From the NCBI GenBank assembly GCA_025558095.1, contig JAIVFI010000021.1:186001-250000 (forward strand): a stretch of 64,000 nt of DNA. The letters run 5' to 3'. This stretch comes from Hyaloraphidium curvatum SAG 235-1 (lineage: Eukaryota; Fungi; Monoblepharomycota). This document shows, one piece after another, positions 57,995 to 64,000 of the stretch; within the stretch, counting starts at the first letter, position 1, and every line of letters begins with the position of its first letter. The position numbers and the translations under genes were made by a program. The notes below the pieces were generated by a model. The model saw only the letters and a program-made list of their open reading frames with translations, was not told the origin of the DNA and did no database searches.

Positions 57995-59083
57995 CGGCCG
58001 TTGCTAGGCTGGCAAAGCGACAAAAGGCGAGATGATGGGAACCAGAGCTTTCGTCCTGGGGTTCGCGCACGGTTTCCGGAGGACGCTCTGTGGGGCAAAG
58101 CTGAGGGCAGGCGGCGGGAATCAAGCAAGTGTCCGGGGTTGCCGACGACCTACATGCGATCGATCCCCGCCATGCGACAGCAAGCTCCGGAAAACCACCG
58201 GACAGCGCTCTGCTTTGCCGGTGTTCCGCCATGCGCCATGGACCGCTCCATCGGATGCATTGGTCGGCGGCCGCATGGTCGGGAAACGGGAACCACCCAG
58301 CAGCGGCTCAAAAAAGAGAGGGTCCCCAATGAGTTTAGCCGCGCCGACGCGCGCCTCGCCGACCTCAGATCATCGGGCCCAGGAGCTTGCGGTTGCATGC
58401 TTGTGGGGCGCGAGAACCCCGCGTGGACTGCTCCGCGCCGCCTTGTCGGGCAGATGTCGCCGGGTGACCGACGTGACCGAGGTCGTTCGTCACGCTTCCA
58501 ACCGAAACCAGTCGCCTCCGCTCGGCAGTCTGGCGGATGGATTTCCGGACCGTTCGATAGTTGATCTCACTTGTTGCCGGCCCGCCAGGAGACATTTGGG
58601 CCCCTCGCGCACTCCGACCTCTGGCCGTTGGGGGTCTGGATTCGAGTGGTTCTTCCGTTCTTTCCGTTCCGACCGCACGATCCCGAGCACAGAGCAGACC
58701 TAAACATGCACCGGTGTCCTTCGGTGAGACTATCCGGGACAATTCAATATCAATGCCTTCCTGCTGTCCATCGTGGAAGCAAGGCGCGAGACGTCCCGCG
58801 GGGTCGACTTTGCCACGCAAGTCAAGCTCCCTTTTGGCTTTGGCAGACGGCAGCTTTCGCTTCAGACGTCCTGAGGCCTAAGGTGTATCAGCCGCGGACT
58901 ACCTTACGCTTCACCCGGGCGGTGGACGCTTCAATCTTCCTTTGGTCTTGACCGGGCGGCAACTTGGGATTCCCATTGGGCAGGGAGTGCAGACAATCCC
59001 GCGCCTTCAAGGTCCAGGCGGGGGGTGATCCCACCAACCACCGACGGATCCTCAACCGGACATCGCCGTCAACAGATCCCACG

Positions 59084-61289
59084 ATGCCCGCGAAAGCGGC
59101 CGCCTTCGAGGAGGCCTTTGTGGCGGCGCTGGCGCCCGTCCGCCGGCTGCTATGCGCCGAGCTTTTCGCGGCCGCGCGCGCGTCGCCGCATGGGCCGGAA
59201 AGCTCGCCCTTCCACCGAATCTACAACTCGGGCCCCGTCGTGGCAGCCGCGCGGTGGCTGGGAGCCCTCACGCTCGGGGCGCCCGAGACGGCGGTGCTCG
59301 AGGAGCTGTTCGACGAGGAAGTCCGCCGGGGACTTTCCCGCCCCGCCACCGGTCACACCGAGGACGCCCTGGCGCTGCAGCTCGCCGTGGTGCTCGCCCT
59401 CGTCTTTGTGGAGACCACGATGGCCCGGCCGGGCGCCTCGCGGAACCTGCTGGGCGTCCTAGTGAGCCTCTGGCGCCGCGACCGCGTGCCCGGCGAGGCG
59501 GGCGTTACCCCGCCGCGGCTCGAGACCGTGGACGACCTCCTGGTCTGGCTATTGTGGCTCGATCTGTTCTGGGTCGGCGTCAGCTTCATGCTGTGCGTAC
59601 AGCGACGTGAATTGCGGCCGCGGCTCTCTCCTGACCAGGCCCCACCCGTCACGCAGCGTCCTCGCCTTGCAAACAAGGACGGAACCCCTCCTGGACCCGT
59701 CCATCGAGTTACCCACGGCACCCGTTGGGTGCCATCACCGCGATATCCCAAGTCCCGCACTGATCAGGCAGAACGGCCCTATGCCCCGGCACACTCTCGA
59801 CCTCATCCTGCCGTTCACATGCGCGGACGCCTTCCGCTGGATGGACTCCTTCGACACGGCCGACGGCTCCGACATGCTCCGTCAGATGGTCGGAGGCCTG
59901 CCCGACGCCGGCTTCCCGCACCTCGAGCTGCTCGTGCACATTGCCGGCCTCGAGCACGGCCGCCAGGCGAGGTGGTGCGCCGCGGAGGCCGGCATGTCGA
60001 CGACCGAGGTGCTCGCGGCCGAGTGCGCGGGGCGAATGCCCGGGCCGACGAGGGGCCTGGCAAAGCGCGCAGTGCAGAGGATGGCGCGCCTGCGGGAGGC
60101 CATGGCGGGGCTCGAGGCGGCGGTGCCGCGCACGGTCGCCGCTCCGTTCCGTGCTGGGGACCTGGCGGGACTCCGAGCGATGTTCGGGGAAGGTTTCAGG
60201 CTGCACGAGGCGCTCGGGTTCCTCACACACATGCAGGTGCTCCGAATGCTCGGCGTCTCGCCCGAGCCTTTCGTCGACCTCGCAGAGGAGGTCGAGTACG
60301 AACACTCTCATCCCGAGAGGCATTCCGAGGACAGTGGATCGTCGGTGATGAGCAGCACCTTGGTGACGAACACGGAAAGCGACCCGGACACGGTTGAGAG
60401 CGCCCTTAACGCGCTGCAGCTGAGCGTTTGGTTCTCCTCGACTAACTACGCGACGGCCACGCGGGCCGCGGACGCGGTTTGCACGGGGATACGCACTTTC
60501 CTGCGCAGCTCAACCCCGGAGCAGATCAAGAGGAGTGTGTACACGATCATCTTCTGCATCGCCGCGACGCACGGCTCGTGGATCCGCCTGCTCGAACTCC
60601 GGCACGCCTGCCGCCGCGGCGCCCAATCGAGCGCCGACCTCGAGCGCTGCGCGTCCCTGCTGGACGATGTTTCTGCGTGCGTCGCGGTGCTTCGCGCCTC
60701 GGGGATGCCGCACTGCGCTGCCACGGCCGACACGATCGCGGCCTTCCTCGATGGCGAGCGGACAGCCATTTCCCGCACGGACCTGCTCGGCCTGCGCATG
60801 GCCCGCGCGGTGGCAAGGGTGTGCCCGCACGGGGACGCCTTCGAGGGCGGGTGCTGGGCCTGCGCGACCGAAGTGCCCGACCGCGGTGCGCAGGCGTTCC
60901 CGGGGAAGGTGTTTCCCGACGACTCGCTGGCGGCCGGGATCGGGGACCGGGAGTCGGATCCGTGGCTGGGCAGGAGCGAGGGGACGACGGCGTACGACGG
61001 GTCGCCGGCGGCTTCGGTCTCGAAGCTGCGATCCGTGACGAGGTCTGGCAGGCAGCGTGCGGTCACCTTCAGCTCCGAGGTCAAGATCGGGGAAACGTAC
61101 CGCAAGCACGATTACCGAGGGAGGTCGATGTTTGCGGAAACCGAGATGCACGAGGTCGTCGGCGCCGAGGGGGAGGCTTTTGGGATGAGCTGCTGGGCCG
61201 CCCGGGGCGGGAACGGCGTTGCGGATGCCCGCGTCGAGCTGCCGAATCTCAAGATGTACTGGCCAGCCGCCGACCAAGTCGCTTCGTGA
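59084..61289 (+). CDS. Family A copy A6: intact headless MHR-like protein with CPHG..CWAC and PP1-docking-like tail
   Basis: Exon 1 59084-59592, intron 59593-59656, exon 2 to 61289; RQRAVTFSSEVKIGETYRKHDYRGRS; terminal LPNLKMYWP. Confidence 0.82.
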
Positions 61290-61364
61290 GTAGATGCGTG
61301 ATTGTTCTGATTGGGGGGCCCACAAGTGTGACGCCGGTTCACGGGCCGGATTGGCAAGCCCGCA

Positions 61365-62351
61365 ATGTCCGCCGCCCCTCCGGACAGCGATGCCTCCCCG
61401 CCCCCCGCGGGAACCCCCTCCGGTGACGACGCCCCGCCCGTCCCCGTGGACGCCGACCCTCCGGACCCCTCCCTGGCGCCCGAGGACACGGCCACGTGCC
61501 GCATCTGCCTCGACGACGCCCCGCTCTCCCTCCTCGTCTCACCGTGCGCCTGCCGCGGCTCGATGAAACACGTGCACCGCGCTTGCTTGGACCGGTGGCG
61601 CCTCCGGAGCCGCAAGGCGTCGTCCTTCTCGAAATGCGACTACTGCGGCACCCCGTACCGCGTTCGGAAAACGTGGTGGGCCCCCTTCGCCCGGGCGTGG
61701 GCGTGCAGGGCCGCCGTGTCGCTGCTGATCATCGCGCTGGCGGTGATGGGGCTGGGGTACGCGGCGAGGCTGGCGGTGTGGTGCGCGAGCGCGGCGGGGT
61801 GGCTGCCGTCGTGGTGGGGCGCCGGGCTGGTCGCGGAGCTGCTCCCCGCGCTGGGTCTCGTCGATTCCGAGGAGGACTATGCCGACGGGGATCGGCACGG
61901 CGGGGACCGGAACGCGGTTGCGGGGACCGGGACCGAGTACGACGTGTTGACGCCGCCGGCATCGGCGGCGGACCTGCTCTCCCCCTGGTCCTCGCTCCTC
62001 CTGGGCGCCTGCGCCTTTGCCGCCTGCGGGATATGGCTGCTCGTCTCGGACCTCGCCCGCGCCGTCGGCGCGCGGGAACCCCCGCCGCGCGCGCGCCCGG
62101 CCGGCGACCCCGCCGGCGGCGGCGTGCCGGGCGCCGGATTCCCGCAGGACAACATCCCCGGCGACCCCGCGCCCGCCGCGGGCGCGGGGGGCGGGTGGCT
62201 CGGCGGGCTGGCGGTCACGGGCAGCGCCGGGATGACGGTCTTTGTGCTGCTGATCGTCGGAGCGATCAGGGCGGGGTTGGTGGTGTGGGAGGCGGTGAGG
62301 GAGCGGTGCGAGAGGATGCTGCTGGGGCTGGATGTGGACTACTTGGAGTGA
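61365..62351 (+). CDS. RING-CH (MARCH/RINGv) membrane E3 ubiquitin ligase
   Basis: CRICLD..LVSPCACRGSMKHVHRACLDRW..CDYC followed by several TM helices. Confidence 0.9.
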   Translation: MSAAPPDSDASPPPAGTPSGDDAPPVPVDADPPDPSLAPEDTATCRICLDDAPLSLLVSPCACRGSMKHVHRACLDRWRLRSRKASSFSKCDYCGTPYRVRKTWWAPFARAWACRAAVSLLIIALAVMGLGYAARLAVWCASAAGWLPSWWGAGLVAELLPALGLVDSEEDYADGDRHGGDRNAVAGTGTEYDVLTPPASAADLLSPWSSLLLGACAFAACGIWLLVSDLARAVGAREPPPRARPAGDPAGGGVPGAGFPQDNIPGDPAPAAGAGGGWLGGLAVTGSAGMTVFVLLIVGAIRAGLVVWEAVRERCERMLLGLDVDYLE

Positions 62352-62776
62352 CGGCCGGGTCGTGGGTTTGGGGAAGCGGGGGGGAACTCTGGCAGGGCTG
62401 TGCTGCGTCTTGGGGTAGTTTGGGGAATTGTACTGCTGATGCGGCATCCGGATCGTCGTCGTCTGTAGCAACTGATTGGATCGCTGAGAATACGCGTCTA
62501 CGACTCGCCGCCCTGCGGTTTGGCGCCCCGGATTCGTGGCAAAGAAGCCCGTCCGATTGGTCCCTTCTGATGCGAAGGGCCGCCCGCCTTGCTGCAGCGA
62601 CACTGCGGCCCCTGGAACCCGGCCGCACGCAGCTCCCTTCACAAAGAGCTTAGTCCGAGGCCGACCGAGGGAACATCCCGCCCGATCGCGCGGTGCCGTC
62701 GTCGGCCCATCCGGTCGGGCACCGACGTCATCCCCAGCCCCAGGCATCCGCCCGCCCAAATCACCCCGAACCGGCC

Positions 62777-63406
62777 ATGCTCTCCCTCCCGCGCAGCTTC
62801 ACCCGGGCGCCGTCGCCCCTCGCCCCGCCGTCGCCGTCGCTCGCGCCCTCCGCGGCGCCGGGCCCGCCGCGCGGGCTGTCCGCGTCGTGCGGCTCGGGCG
62901 CGTCGTCCTCGTCGGGCGGCTGCGCGCACTCGGACGCGGGCGGCGACGACGACGGCGCGTGTTTCCTGTGCCTCGTCGAGCGCGGCTCGATGTCGGGCGG
63001 CGCGGCGCCCTCCGCCCCGCGCGGCCGCGAACCGCGCTACAACTCGCTCCCGCGCCCGTCCTCCTCCGCCCGCGCCGCGTCCCCCGGCCCCGCCTCCCTC
63101 CGCGACCTCAAAAGGGCGCAGACCTCCCCGCCGGCGCAGGAGCCGTCCCGCGGCGGCGGATTCGTCGCCGCCATCGCGTCGCTCCCCCGCGAGGCGGCCA
63201 GGGAGGTGCGGTGGACGCTGGAGGACCTGGACATCGCGGCGCCGCGGCGGCCCGCGACACCCTCCGTCGCGGACGATCCGGGGCCGAGGAGGACTGCGGT
63301 GCCCGCGGTGTACGAGAACTCGCTGCAGGAGGCCGTGCTCGCCGCGCGGAGGAGGGAGCTGGCCAAGGGGCAAACGGCGCAGCAGGCCAAGTACGGGGCA
63401 TTGTGA
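62777..63406 (+). CDS. Hypothetical protein
   Basis: ATG ORF with coding-like codon use; no recognised domain. Confidence 0.45.
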   Translation: MLSLPRSFTRAPSPLAPPSPSLAPSAAPGPPRGLSASCGSGASSSSGGCAHSDAGGDDDGACFLCLVERGSMSGGAAPSAPRGREPRYNSLPRPSSSARAASPGPASLRDLKRAQTSPPAQEPSRGGGFVAAIASLPREAAREVRWTLEDLDIAAPRRPATPSVADDPGPRRTAVPAVYENSLQEAVLAARRRELAKGQTAQQAKYGAL

Positions 63407-64000
63407 GAGTCGTGTGGGCGGGATAGTTGCGTGGATCTGTCGCGATTCTTTGTCCTTCATTGCGGCGGCGCGGTCGGTCGATGGACGGGCGATTCCGCGC
63501 TGGCTTGCCAGGGACGGGCGACTGCAACGATGGTCCAATACGCACACCCAACAGATGGCCGGACCCGTGGCACGCTTCTCCGCCCCGGCGCACCCCTCCG
63601 GCTTGCACACCCTCTTCCCCGACGCCGGGAACCTCTCCAGCGCCGCCGCAGACCTGACGGGCCGCCTCCGCAGCTCTCCCCCGCTGTTCCCGGCCATCCT
63701 GTCCGCGCAGGACCCGCGGAAGGTGCACGCTCGAATCACATCGGAATCACATGGCCTCGATCGAAGCCGGCAGGGGCGCCGAGGAATAAAGCACTTTAAG
63801 CTCATCGAGATTGCGCCTGAATTAGCTACATCGTTGGACAAGGCTGGTGCACGCCACGGCATGGGCGCCACGCCGGCGTGAGGGGAGAGGGAGCCGCCAG
63901 CGGTCCGCCGCGGGCTCCTGCTATCCGCCGACGAGAAGCATGCCGGGTTCCAGCAAGGTGAAAGCGTTCAGGTCCATGACCGGGAAGACGAGCGAAGCCC

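Noticed and set aside
31805-61289. Family A as a transposon or a prokaryotic defence/shufflon system
   Set aside because: No transposase, integrase, RT or recombinase motifs, TIRs or TSDs seen; all copies long enough to show it share a spliceosomal intron
1-64000. Hundreds of long overlapping Arg/Ala/Pro/Gly-rich ORFs on all frames
   Set aside because: Expected shadow ORFs in very GC-rich DNA; most are antisense or off-frame to spliced genes and many use non-ATG starts
1-64000. tRNA/rRNA genes
   Set aside because: No cloverleaf or rRNA-like conserved segments recognised by eye; tRNAscan-SE/Infernal not run

Overview
This is eukaryotic, very GC-rich DNA with many short (~48-95 nt) GT-AG introns. 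A Zn(II)2Cys6 gene, an ERG6 gene, an NZF-type VPS36 and a Crinkler-like gene point to a fungus, probably an early-diverging chytrid/monoblepharid-type lineage (inference). The left half (1-31.6 kb) is mostly single-copy genes: SDR, SUEL lectin, F-box, TGL-type patatin lipase, Zn2Cys6 TF, 2OG-Fe(II) oxygenase, VPS36, transaldolase, ricin/AbfB lectin, GH26, GT10 fucosyltransferase, two methyltransferases and a nucleoredoxin-like gene. The right half (31.8-61.3 kb) is a dynamic, duplicated regulatory locus built from three families. Family A (6 copies) encodes 'headless' fungal-TF middle-homology-like proteins with a CxHG..CxxC motif; several copies also carry a spinophilin/Bni4-type PP1-docking tail. 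Family B (3 copies) is bZIP. Family C (2 copies) is a small CxHG..CxxC plus acidic protein. Every B and C copy sits head-to-head with an A gene. A 4.7-kb inversion (34478-39213) broke one A and one C gene into reciprocal chimeras. Undoing it gives an A-C-A-B cassette that is mirrored by B-A-C-A at 52.8-61.3 kb. An inverted duplication of an A/B pair brackets a Crinkler-like REase gene, an F-box gene, an EGF-PAN-Ig secreted gene and a degenerate ANL-like gene. Gene models and family calls come from manual reading only; no searches were run.
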